Source: Nageia nagi
Taxonomy: Eukaryota; Plantae; Pinophyta
Reading direction: 5' to 3'
Assembly (NCBI GenBank): GCA_050084985.1
Contig: JBITNC010000001.1
Coordinates: 211,668,001-211,732,000 of the forward strand
Length of the DNA: 64,000 nucleotides
Both the position numbers and the translations under genes were made by a program. The notes under the pieces were generated by a model, which was not told the origin of the DNA, made no database searches, and saw only the letters and a list, made by a program, of their open reading frames with translations. Below are positions 13,705-26,100 of this stretch, piece after piece (the stretch's first letter is position 1; the number at the start of each line of letters is the position of its first letter).

Positions 13705-14836
13705 GTCAAGGTAAGTTTTAAAAAGTTAGATTTCCATCTTGTTTTGAAGGTGCGACCACCCCCTCCTCATTGTTTTGAGCCTATAAATTGGCAAAGTGTG
13801 CCCAAAAATCAACTTCCAAGTTGGTCGCACGATCTGGAATTGTTGCCTTTGCATCTTCCTGAAAGGGTGTGATCACCTCATTTTGGCGTTCAAGGTGTTT
13901 GCAGGGTCTAATTCGACCTCCACTCTGGCCATTTGACAATGGATGTGTGGCATGGCGGACTAGTATAAAAGGAGAACAAGGTTGTTTGATTTTACTTTAG
14001 TTGGCCCAACGTGTTGCTCCAAGGTGGTCGCATGGTTGGCCAAAGTTAGATTTCCATCTTGTTTTGAAGGTGCGACCACCCCCATTCTTGCATTTGGTCT
14101 CTAAAATTGGCTAAGTATTAGCTTAACACTCCCAAAAGCTGGTCGCATGGTTGGCAAAGGTTATAGTTCCATCTTGTTCCTAAGATACAACCACCCGTTT
14201 GAGCACCTTTTGAGTTGACTGGTTGGAAGTTGTTCATTTTGAGACATCATCTGGCTGGTTGCATGGTTTGAAATTGTTATGTTTACATCTCTTTGAAGGC
14301 ATGCGACCACCCCCTTTTGTTTCATTTTTGACTAAATGTTGAATTTTGGCACCCTTATCCTTGGTCGCACGGTTTGAAGGAGATACATTTGCATCTTTTT
14401 GGAGAGATACGACCACAACATGTTGCATGGAATGGGACACTTGTTGAAAATCCTGCCTTCAGCCACCAAGGTATTGCCACATGGTAGTTGAGAGGGCTAT
14501 AAGAGTGGCAGACTTGGTTAATCTTGCATACCATATACATTCCCAAGGCTGGTTGCACGATTTTGTCAAGACACATTTGCATCCTTTTAGCAATGTGCAA
14601 CCACCTTTTGCATTAAAGTCAAACGACCCCTATGCATTGGCCACCTTTTGTGTCATTAAAATTGGCATCTCATTTTGCAACTACCACCTTAAGATTGCAT
14701 GATCGCAAGGGCCCAAGAAGATTAGGATTCATCTTTACAAAATCATGTGCCCATTGGAATTCAAAGTATAGCTAAAGTAGCATGGTCACATGACCCATAT
14801 AAGTCACATTTGCGTCTTTGTCTTCCCATGCATTTG
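13705..14836. repeat. Array of fixed-spacing inverted-repeat sites TGGTCGCA-N22-CATCT-N11-TGCGACCA
   Basis: Copies start at 13822, 14025, 14140, 14256, 14362, 14550, 14700 and 14783 (right arm decayed), plus a right-half copy with its arm at 13751. Spacer lengths counted by hand are invariant while spacer sequences diverge. Confidence 0.85.
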
Positions 14837-15002
14837 CATCTTTGAAGTCTCATTTTTAGGAAAGGGTTCCACAATTAGATGCTCATCCAAATTGGGTTTC
14901 ATTTAGTTAGTTGTTTATGTTTTTATGTCGTCCCTTCATTTTGGTCACATCCCACAAGGTCAACCTCAACGGTTGGTCGCATCATCCACTTAGGTCAGAA
15001 AG

Positions 15003-16183
15003 TGTGATGATCTAAAATCACCCTTAGCAAAAACAAACCAAGCTAGGGTTTTTATAACCCTCAAGCACCCAACGATTGCCCTCTAGGGCAAAGAAACACC
15101 TCAATGCACCAACGTGGGCCTCCTAGGTCTTCCTCACTACACACCACACCAAACCATGATCCCACAAAGCTGACGTCAACCCCTAGGGCTTCTCCAGTAT
15201 TAAGCTAACCACACGAATGCAACACAACAACAATGGACAACGCAAAAATACCCACGATGGGGCCACACTACAATACTGAGCCAGAACAAGCTTCCAACAC
15301 GAGTATATCACAATGCATGCATACAAAGGGAACAACACAATGATGAGAGAGACACATGCTGTATTATATCATGGAATAACAATGGAGTACAATGAGGATC
15401 TCAACATCCAAATCTAGGGTTCCAAACCCTTGTACAAGCCGAACACCACAGGAAAGACTAACTCCCTCAGACTCTGAATCCTCTCGTACGAAGGAGCCTC
15501 CTCGAACCTCAGTGACCATCGAAGGTAGAAGCTCGCCCTCAGAATACCACAAGTCATAGAATATCAAGCTTCCAACCCTGTCACTCCTCTGGACGCCGTC
15601 TAGGAATAATGTTTAGCATCGCCAAGACTTGTATGCCCGATCGGGTTTAGTATAGAAGTATAATCAATAGCTATCCCCATCATGGAGCTCCATCCTCAAT
15701 ATATAGCCTCACGTGTTTATCCATCATGCCTTGTTATCATCCCAAGCCAAGTCTATTCCAATGTTGGGGTCAATAGGTCAACCATGCCAACGTGGGGGTC
15801 ATATTGGCCCAGTATGCTAACGTGGGGGTCCCATGGGCTCAGTGTGCCAACGTGGGGGTCATAAAGGCCCTCAAGGTTGACGTGGGGATCTAAGTGGCGT
15901 CATAAGTCAATGTGGGGCCCTCCCAATGTTGGTATGGTCCTCTGTGCACCTCTGGACTATACAAGACTCATGCCTATCTAGGGATTGCCACAATCCGAGA
16001 TAACCCATTACAAGTTAACACAATACTATTCAAGGGGAGACATCCCATTACTGGGCTCATAGTGGGGTCCGCAGACCATAAGCTCCTGCTTGAGTTACAC
16101 ATGTACAACATGATCATAAACAAAACACTAGATTACAAAGTGACCATGACACAATTTTTCAATGGTCCAAATGGGACATCACA
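15003..16183 (-). mobile_element. Solo LTR (~1.18 kb) nested in insertion C
   Basis: Termini tgtgatg...catcaca; TSD gaaag/aaaag; family motif gggctcatagtggggtcc; 30-bp subrepeats. Confidence 0.85.
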
Positions 16184-16485
16184 AAAAGCTAACATCCTTA
16201 AAAGGTGTGACCAAGCCCTTTTGTGCATTCACATGGTCCCCATGAGTTAAAGACGTGCGTATGCATTAATTGTTTAAAGCTCATATTGTGGACGTTGCAT
16301 GCATATCAAATGGCCATCTCTTGTCATATACATTAAGTTTTTAGAGTCACTTGCGTAGTGCACTATTTGCTTCACCTTGAAAGGCATACAAGACTGCCAG
16401 GCATTATACCTCATACCCATACCATCCCATTGCATCTGTTAGTCAGCCTAGTTCACGCTAACTCAATTTGTTTTGCAGGATCAAC

Positions 16486-19400
16486 ATGTCAAAGATAAAC
16501 TCCAAATTGAGGAAGACTCAGGAACTTCAGTTAGCAAGGTTGACTGAACCCACTCGGATTGAGTTTGCAAAAGAGAACCCCGAGGATTCCTTGAAAGAGG
16601 CCAAGTTCTAGAATAATCTCTCCAACATTCGAGACACTTATTGGTCACATATCGATCCCAGTCAGACTTTGCGATCCATCAGCAACCTAGAGAAGAACCA
16701 AATGCTCAACGAGGTCATTTGCACCTCCGGATTGGCCATGGCCACCCTTATTCCATTTGCCACACCTTTCCTTGAACTCTATTATGAAGTTGGTAGGCAT
16801 GCCAATTATAAAACTCGTGCTCTTTATGACACAAATGGCAATAAGATCCTTGATTTCTCCCCGGAGGGTATTAACGAAGCTTTCAATTGGAGCAATGAAG
16901 GGGTTGTTTACATTGAAAGGGATTCTCAGGATTACTATGAGAAATCTCAACGAGCCAAATATCTCATTTGGGATTGGCTCGAGAATAAGAGCAAAGAGTT
17001 TACTGGGAACAAATTAATCAATGCTAAGAGACAACATTTCAATCCCATCGTCTCAATGATTATCAATATGTTGTCTTGCGTCACTGGTAAAGAAGACGAC
17101 CTCAAGTTGAGGAAAGAGTTCATCGGTTTTATTTCCGTTATCGGGAATAGACAAAGGATACAATGGAGCAAAGTAATCAATGACTCCCTCCTCCAGCAAT
17201 TGGCTCATATCGGCTCATCAAAGAGGTTCTACATGAATTCATATTTTGTCTACCTTCTTCTATATGGCAAGAATAGAAAGTAGGCCAATGGGGATACAGA
17301 AATTCTGAATGATCCAACGAAACCTGCATGGAAGGTTTATTCCAAATGGTGGCTAGAATCCAGATGGGATCATTATTCCATGAGAAACGATAGATGGGAA
17401 GACAAGATATACAAGGAAATAAAGGGAAGGCACATGGTAAAAAGGATATCCGACTCTACTGTTGAAGCCATCCGAGGGCATGCAGATTATTTCTTGGAAG
17501 ACCCCTCACATACGTACATTCGGGTCTATGGTTCCGAAGTTAGGCCGTATCTCTTGCCCCGCTATGCTAGTAACCGATTGGTTCTCATGGAATTCTGCAA
17601 GCAATTGCTGTTTCTACATGAAAACATATGGAAAAATAGGAATGCCACTTGAAACTTCCCCATTTCCATCGGGGAATACACTTTTTCAGCTTGGTAGGAT
17701 GCCAAAGAAATGAGCACGGAATTGTATTATTATCACTTTTTTGAGGAGAAGCAACTCCTCATTATGATCCTGAAGGACGAATCCAAGTCTTCTACTGGAG
17801 AGCCTTTAGAAATCCGGTGATTTATGAGCATAGGTATTTGGGAGACAAGGAGAGATTCCGGAATAAAAGGGATGATACGCAAATTCAGGAGATACATCAA
17901 GTGCTGGCAGTAGAAGGTCGGATTGATCGGAGAATACAAAGTCTGGACAGGCCTCAAACAATCCTAGGTGAGAAGTCCACCTCTTCAGCAAGAGTGAGGA
18001 GACTTCAAGGGCAAGTGAGTGAGGATGCTACCTTAGGCAGTTCTAGGCTAGAAATTCACTCTGTTGTGAAAGAAATCACCAAGGATGTCCATAACATGGC
18101 CTAGATCGGGTACCCTAATTTTCCATTGCAACAACTTAAGGATGCCACCCCAAAGAATGCCCCTATAATGCCTATAATACCGATCAGGGCTGGAAATCCC
18201 TTGGCCATTCTCAATCTCTTGACACCAGCGAAAGATCATGTAGAAGCTGACTTCCCTGAAGCTATTGAGGTGGACATCGACACAGGATAACAAAACATGC
18301 CTGTCGTAACTCAGCTAGAGGAACCTAATTCTCCCCACCATTCCAGTTCATCCTTAGATTCTAAGACATCCTCCGAATCCTTCAGTTCATCCGAGTCTAA
18401 TTCAGGAGAAGAAGGAGAAATAGTAAAGGGGACATGATGTAATGTACTCGTTCCAAGGTGCATCAGGACCCACTTGGTCAATTGTAATATAATAGAATAG
18501 GTGTGCTTTCATGATTATTATTGTAAACTCAGGATGGGAAATATAGGCCATGTGGGCCCCACTGTGAGCCCCAAGTGTGATGATCCCTCTTGAGTATAGA
18601 TTATTTATATTTTATTGTATGGGGATCCTGGAATGTGGGAAACCCAATGCTAGCAATTGAAATGACTTGGACGGACTCTTGGGAGCTAACGTCCAGCTTG
18701 GAGGGTCCCACACCCCCAACGTTGGCATCCTGACTCATTATTTCTCCCATGTTGGCACATTTGGCTAGTTGGTACCCCATGTCAGCCTCTTGGGAGCTCA
18801 ACACACCCAACGTTGGCTTACTGGGCCCTTATGACCCTATGTTGGACTAGTTTGACTAGTCATACCTCAACGTTGGATTATAAGGCTAATTATGGTGATT
18901 TCGAGGAGCTTAAGCTAGAGGACGTTATAAAAGAGCATTGACGGTCTCATTCACACAGCTTATTATTATTTCTCTCATTTGATATTTACTTGTACGGACC
19001 GGTGGTCTCGAGACTTAGCGGCGCTAAGCACCATTCGTAGGCAGGTCGTCTAGAAGGCTATTAGGGGGTGTGATCCTGATATGCTAGGCTGAGTAGGTTA
19101 CTCGGCACATCCGGTGGCATCTGAGGGCACACATCTACCGTTCAGTCGGATTTCCAGTTTGTGAGGAGGGCTTCTTCGGTGGGGAGGATTCGGAGTTCTG
19201 AGGGTGTGGGGTCTTATCCCGTGGTTTGCAGGCGGTAGTGATACATGATTGTATTGGTTGGCTCCATTTGAGGTCAACATCTGGCTCTGGGAGCCGAAGA
19301 TTGTAATTGATCATATCATTTATGAAACAATGCCATATTGATGTTGGATCCTCAATTTGTTGTGTTTATGTGTAATGAGATCTTGGATTTATGTTGGTTT

Positions 19401-21170
19401 TCCAATGGTTCGTTGAGATAGAATAATTGTTGCATGTATTTGATACTCATTATATGTAATACTGGCAAATTAGGCTAGATGTGGGTAGTCCTGGTAGGAG
19501 TAGAGCCTTAGAGGGTCGACGTCAACTGATTGGGAGGGTTTGAGTGCCAAAGACCCTAACGTGGGGCTAGGGTTGCCATTTGGGGGTATTTTGGAAGCCC
19601 TAATTGTAGGGAAATTTGCTTATTGTTGGAGAGTAGGGTTTGGGTGCATTACAGATGAGGATGACGAAGACTCACAGCTTGATATGGGAGATACCCAGAT
19701 TGTGGATGTTGATGCAGAGTCTAAAGCCGAATCAGCCAGTGAAACTTTACCAATCAGATCAACATTTGAGAAGCAAGTCGTTTCTTCTGAATCCACTACT
19801 CCAAGGAGGAAGAGAAGATCATCTCTTAAGAAGGAAGCATTTAGGACAACTCTCGACATACCTTCGAAGCTAAGCAAAACTTCAACAATAGGGAGTAGCG
19901 GAGGAGATGAGGAAGAGAAGGGCGAAAACGAATAACAAAGGAAGAAGAGGAAGCAGTTGGAACTTGGTAGCCACAAACTGTAAGATAAACCAGACGAGGT
20001 CAAGAGCCAACAACTGAGAATAGAGGAGATCCCCAAAGATTCCACTCCCACGAATATTGATACCACCTTGGCCAATATTGCATCAAGTTTTGGTCCACAA
20101 AAGAAATATGATTTCGATATTGATGCAGTCATCAAGGATTTGCAAACGAGCTATCACAGTGATGATGAGGAATCTAGCCAGAAGAGGGAAAGTGCTTCTG
20201 AGGAGTCCCCCATTGAAGAACTCAACACCTTCGTGTCTATGAAAAAGGACACGGTGACCATCAACAGGTGCTACTCAAAAAAGAAGCATCCACAAGACCT
20301 TCAAGATGTGTGTGTCCACATTGAAAATTCAAGGTTAAGAAGATTGGATGGGCTAGGCGCAAACACATCATTAACTACAATGTGGATGAGATGGTCAACC
20401 AATATATCGGAAGGGAGAATATGATAAAGGAGCTGAAGAAGGAGCTTGTTGGTAAAAACAAGCTGGTGAAGGAGATAGAGATAGCCAAAACGTCTCTTGA
20501 AGACATAAAGCTGCAGGCCTCCCTGAACATTGGTATTGCCTCAACCAAAGAAACCTTGGTCAATGGCATAATGAGATTGGTTAACAAACTCTCACTTCAG
20601 TTGATTGCCCTCACCGACGAGTAGAAAGTAGAAGCAAACACGACTGCAGCCATTTCCTAGTTGTTGCAGGATTTCCAGAACCATGAACAGACAGGATACA
20701 ATTATGCCAAGAATATGTCTATCACTTGTGTTGGTTGAGGTTTGCAGTAGTAGAATGTGACAGTTTGACTTAGGCTAGGATCGATTTGTCATCCACCCTA
20801 GCCTTCCAGATGAGCCAGTTTGTACAATAGATCAGGTTTATGAATGAGGATGGTAGCGCAAGGAGGGTTGAACTTGAGATTCAGGATGTCCAGAATACCA
20901 TCTAAGATCTCATCTTCACTAAGGATGTAAACCTGTTTAGAGCAGGGAAACATATTGAGAACCAACAACATTTGGCCATTTGGAAATTTCAGATGGAGTG
21001 CACTTCTTAGTACATCCTGGATTTTCACAACAAAAAGGAAAACGACTTGCTAGGTGTATTTGTTGTGGGGCTCACCAAAGGGAACTTTCTTTGATGATAG
21101 GTCCAACAGGATTCCCGAGGATGTCTTCGATGTTGCTCACGGTTTAACTTCCGGTCCCACGGAGGATTGA
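16486..21170 (+). pseudogene. Decayed ~1,150-codon ORF inside insertion C (retrotransposon accessory protein, possibly PMD/Transposase_28-like N-half, acidic linker, coiled-coil C-half)
   Basis: ATG at 16486 follows branch point gctaac and acceptor ttttgcag, in frame with ORFs 16669-17283 and 17380-17652 (YIRVYGSEVRPYLLPRYASNRLVLMEFCKQL). The reading continues across the nested solo LTR as EEGEIVKG-DEDDEDSQ. Many stops and frameshifts. Family assignment is tentative. Confidence 0.7.
18438..19653 (+). mobile_element. Solo LTR (~1.22 kb) interrupting the ORF of insertion C
   Basis: Inverted termini tgtaatgtac...gtgcattaca; TSD catga/gatga; family motif cccactgtgagccccaagtg. Confidence 0.85.
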
Positions 21171-23133
21171 TTTGTTAAATGCATATTTTATTTTCAAGTT
21201 CAAAGTTCAAGATAATTATTATTTTAACTTGTGTTGTGACGAATGAGTTTTTGCTACCATAGCTGCAAGAAGACTTGATGTGACATTCGAGTGGTATTGT
21301 GTAGCTGCAGTTTTGCTTTGATGGTTTACGTTTTTCAAAGTAGTATTAGGGTTATTTTGTTGTTTAGGGCAACATTGCAATTAATATTAGGGCGACGCTT
21401 TATTTAATGAAGTCGTCATACATATGTTATAAGTACCCTAGTTGGGTCAGTTTTGAAAAGGGAGTAGAATAGAAAAGAAAGAAGGATATAGGTAGATAGA
21501 TCAAGAATCCTTCAGTATATGAAAATTGCATGATCTTTTGGAAGGAATCTTTCTTTCCAGTTGAAGTTTCTACATGTATGTATGATCTATCATTTTGAGA
21601 AACTTTGTTTTAAATGCAAGTGTAGTTCCTCATTTCATGGGATCATAGAGATGTGAATGACATGATGATGTTGTTGTATTGTTTATGCATTTACAAGCAT
21701 TTTCTTTGAAAGTTTTACACTTTAGGAAAGATAGTTAATTATCTCTCTTAAATGTATGAATGACTGTCTCCATGGTTTGCATAAAGTTCTGGTATTTGAA
21801 ATCACTTTACTCTTATGACATTTGGTTGGAATTTTTCTATTAGGACATGGAGAATTGAATGTTTCACTTCACCCCTTTGTCCACCCTGACTACTGCTCCG
21901 TGCTCTCACTTGGGAGTGATCCGAACCTAGTTGCTTCCTCCCATGCTTGATAACCCGAGAAAAAGTTCCTAATAAATCCAAGAGATGAAAGCTTCAAACC
22001 TTGCACAACGGTGAGACCTTGTCAATTATGTTTCTTTCAATTGCCAAATCTTTTGTATCCCATTTTATGTTCCCTCTGCTTTGTGTGTTTCCACGTGAAC
22101 AATGATTGAGATAAAGCCCAAAAGGCCCGCATAATTGTGAGTAACCATTCCCGAGCACATACCTCCCCCTGAAGCTATCTTGTCGAATATCAATCACCAT
22201 TGCTTAGAATGTGCTATATTGAAAACCTAAAGCCTATAATAATTTGGGGTTAAAGTACTTTCAAGTGGGGGTAAGTAACGCTACTCCACTCATCGATAGT
22301 GTCCTTTCCTGTGGGGGGGAAAGAAATCCATGTCAATACAATCTAATCTCGAATTCAGAGCAATATTTCAGAGTTGCAAATGGGCGATGTGGTAACTTCA
22401 GCAGGTAACATGGCTCATTCCGATGATACCTTTCTAATAGATCCTGGATAGATGTCATGAAAACTAGATCAGAGCAAGGCTTCTGTTTAAACATGGAAAC
22501 TGGATCTACCTGTTGCTTTTTTAGCAATTTGTTTTCTGTTTTCCTGTATTAGTCTGATGTCTTCTCTTCGATTCGATCATTTTTTGTTTACTCTTTTATC
22601 TTTCAAGTATATCTCGATTCAAAAACTCCTAGTCTCTTATGGCAAAGTAATTCTGCCTTGGCTTCACTATTTAAGTAGTCAATCTCTCCCTTTTACATTG
22701 TAACAATATTTTGCATGGTCATTATTGTTAGTAAAATGCCAACAATTTTTTGTTGATAATTCCTTGTACTTGGTTAATATGTTATTTTTGTACAAGGTTA
22801 AGGGACCCTTTCAAAACCCTTTATTTTTAATTAACAAAAAAAAAAATCCATGAATGACCAATTCAAGAGAATTTGCATATAGCATTGCAAGGCTTAAAGG
22901 TGGTGCTTTGCTTAGTTACTAGTTTTGTGTTATGTTTGAATTTGTCAAGGTTGATATTTGTAAGAAATCTAGTAGGCAACAAAATTTCAATAACGTAAGG
23001 TATGTAATTCAAGTAACTGAAAGTGAGTAAAATTCATATTAAAAATAAATAAATACATAAAACCAAAGTAATGTTAAAGTACTAATCAAAACATAAAAGC
23101 ATCTTGTTACAATTATATATGACTATCATCATG

Positions 23134-26100
23134 TGTGATGTCCCCTTTGCATGGTTGTAAATAATTGTAAGGTTCGATTGGGGACCTCTTGTAATATACT
23201 TTATTTATGCATTATACTTTCATGTTTGTAAATTAGGATAGGAGAGTTAATGGGTCAATGGACCCCATTGTGAGCCCCAAGTGTGACGTCTCCCTCCTAA
23301 GGTTAGATTAGGTGTATTTGTTATACTTGGAGATCCTGAAACATGATTGTGGGAATCCCAAGGTCTATTGTACATTGAAGTGATGGACGGCCACTTATAT
23401 GCTTGCACTAGGCTTGGGGAGGCTCCCATACTCGCACGTTGGCCCAACATGTCACCTAGACCCCACGTATGCCCCTTTGACCCACATGGACATGGATGGC
23501 ACTCCTAGGCTCACACGTTGTCACTTAATGCACCCCTGGCCCTCATGTTGGCATGTCTGACCTTTAGACACCCATGTTGGGTATTCCGGGCCTCTAGGAG
23601 GCCAACGTTGGATTAGGGGAGTCGGATGATGACTCCTAGGTGAGATCCATACAGAGCAAATGTATAAATAGACACTGGAGCCTCATTACTAGATATACTT
23701 TATCATTATTACTTCTATACAGTCTAGAGGAAAACAAGTCTTAGCGGTGCTAAGCAACCTTCCTAGGTGCAACATCTAGAGGGCATTCAGGTTGAGGGAT
23801 ACTGTCTGTCTATGGCACTGGTGTAGCACCTTTGCCCATCCAATGTTATTTTGAGGTATTGCTTCTACCTTTGGTAGTTATCCAGAGTTTGAGGAGGGCT
23901 CCTTCGGTGGAGAGGATTCTTATTCTGAAGAGGCGTACTGTCCCATGGTTCTAGAGTTATTCCAGTGAAGAGAAGACATTGTGTTGTGTGCTAGTTGGCT
24001 CCTGAGAGGCCAACGTCAACCCTCCTGGGCCTGGTATTGTATTGCTACTCATCTCATATCATATATACAACCTATGGGCGCTTGGATCTCATTCTTATGT
24101 TATGTGAACTTGTCTTGTGCATGCATTGGGCTATCATTGTTGTATATGCTTGTACTAGCTAGATGTTGGCATTGTGGATTATTGTTCATTGCTTATGGTG
24201 TGTATTGGCTAGACGTTGGTATCTGGATATTGTGCATGTGTATTATTGATGCCCTAGCTTAGACAATGGCATACTAGCATTGTAATTACTCAAGTGGATA
24301 CCCTAACTCTAATGTCGCTATCTTGAGGGTTTAAATGCTTGTGGTTGATGCCCTAGGCCTGATGTCTGGGTTAGTGTAATCGAATTTGCTAATTTTGCTT
24401 TGAGTTGTATTTTGGATCATCACAAGTGGTAATCAGAGCTTGGATCTGGCCAGCTTGTGAGGTTAATATCCAACTATAAGCAAATTGAATCAGTAGATCA
24501 AGAGGTCCAGCACTTAAAAGGCCAGTTTCGGGGTCAAAACAGCAGTTTGTCCGAAAAGACTGAATTCCTAGACTAAGTTGTCTAGGATTTGGAGAATATA
24601 TCTACAGATTTGAAGGCCGTTTCTAGGTATAAAAAGTCTTAATCTATCATCCTGGCTGATTAGAAAAAATTAATAAGAAGGTTTCAGGTTTTTGATTTAG
24701 GGTTTTGAAGACTATGGCATCATGGAGACAAACAAAGAAGTATGATCAACTCATACATCTCTGTAGATCATTGACCACACAGATGCAACAGTGTATTGAG
24801 GAGTTAGATGCATTTCTCCTAAGAAACTCCCTAAAAAGAAATGTTGGGGGTTACACCAGCCCTAGGTCACCTCGATCTAGCTATATGAGAGAGCGTGGAG
24901 AAAATGACATCAGATGCAAAGAAGATTTCAGATCTTAAGACACTTTTCATGCAAAAAGAAGAATTCAGCATGATAGACAAGGAAGAGTCTTGGCATCACA
25001 TGTTGGGCATAAAGGAAGTCTGGCACCCCATGTTGTACATAAAAAAAGATTGGCAGCCAACGTTGAACCAGGAAGAGGTTTAACACCTCACATTGAGCAC
25101 CAAGGAGCTTGGGCACCCAACGTTTGACAAGAAGAAGAATTGGCAAAGGAAGAATCTTGGATCAGCCATGTTGACACCCCAAAAAGGTATGAAAGTAATT
25201 CCGATTTTTTATAACAGTAATTCATAAGTTTTACATAGTGTTGTTGAAAGTAATAATATTGGGTAGAAAGAGGATAAGAGCCATTGTTGTTTCAGATTTG
25301 GTTTCCTGAAATAATACTGAGGAAGGTGAAAATGGCTTTGAATTTAACATGGAGGAGGATAAAGATTGCAAAGAAGAAAATGCTATTTCAGATCTTGGAA
25401 AATCAGAAATCATTGTATCACCACATGAGGTATGTCAAGTAAAGCTACAAGATGTTTCCTTCAAAATGCAATCACTCCTATTTGTTGAGAATGTAGTGAA
25501 GACCAAGAAGCTTGATGTAGGTGTCAATGTTGAAACTTTTCAATCAGCCTATGAACATACACATACTAGTTTCATGCCTTTGGTTTCAAAGTGTGAGGTG
25601 TGGAAAGAATCAATTCTTCATGTGAATTGCAATAGACTTCTAGCTCCATGGGATCCGGGTTTGTTAGCACATTATGAGAGATTAAGAAGGTTGGAGGTGA
25701 ACATGGGGAATGAAAATGAAAGCATAAAGGTTTCCAAATCAGCTTTAGAGGAGAGAATACAATTTCAGCCTATGATGAAAGACTTGATGGTCCTTGGAAC
25801 TACTTGGATCTTTGGCGCATAACATGGGGCAATGGCCTCACTTGTTTTAACTTACTTTGGTTGTTTGTGTGTTCGCAGGAATCTATAGCCTCACTTGAAA
25901 GATTTGAACATGAGAAGGGCATCATATTCTCTAATGACACATTTATTTGCAACCAAGACATCAAGAAGGAGGTACACTAATTATGTTCCTGAAAATTCAT
26001 CACTGTTTGGGGTAAAGAATCATGTCATTTCAGAAGTTACTTTGCTGCTCCAAAAGGATACAATATACGGGGACAACTCATGCACTAGTAGGAGGTTTTA

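Larger units (their letters stand above)
13248..22338 (+). mobile_element. Giant solo-LTR-like insertion C (~6.7 kb without nested inserts) carrying a decayed large ORF
   Basis: Termini tgttga...tcaata (CA>TA) and TSD caatt/caatc. No internal LTR pair, gag-pol or PBS seen. TATA-like ttataagta near 21428. Both ends resemble those of 47337-54860. Confidence 0.75.
12283..22845 (+). mobile_element. 5'-truncated L1-like LINE, split by the insertion at 13248-22338
   Basis: Starts CLPKSYGGL and contains zf-RVT-like sequence (PKMKFFAWL...LTWDNL). Poly(A) at 22836-22845 and 13-bp TSD atccatgaatgac (12270-12282 / 22846-22858). Confidence 0.9.

Noticed and set aside
13705-14836. CRISPR-like look of the motif array (and of the 30-bp LTR arrays)
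   Set aside because: Plant nuclear TE context, degenerate repeats, irregular spacing and no cas genes.
16479-16490. In-frame MED23-TE fusion via the acceptor at 16478
   Set aside because: The phase-0 donor at 7505 would enter 7 nt before the ATG, out of frame, and the TE ORF is full of stops.
18426-18437. PPT-like aaaggggacatga before the LTR at 18438, suggesting a 3' LTR
   Set aside because: A TSD flanks the LTR and the ORF resumes after it, so it is a nested solo LTR.
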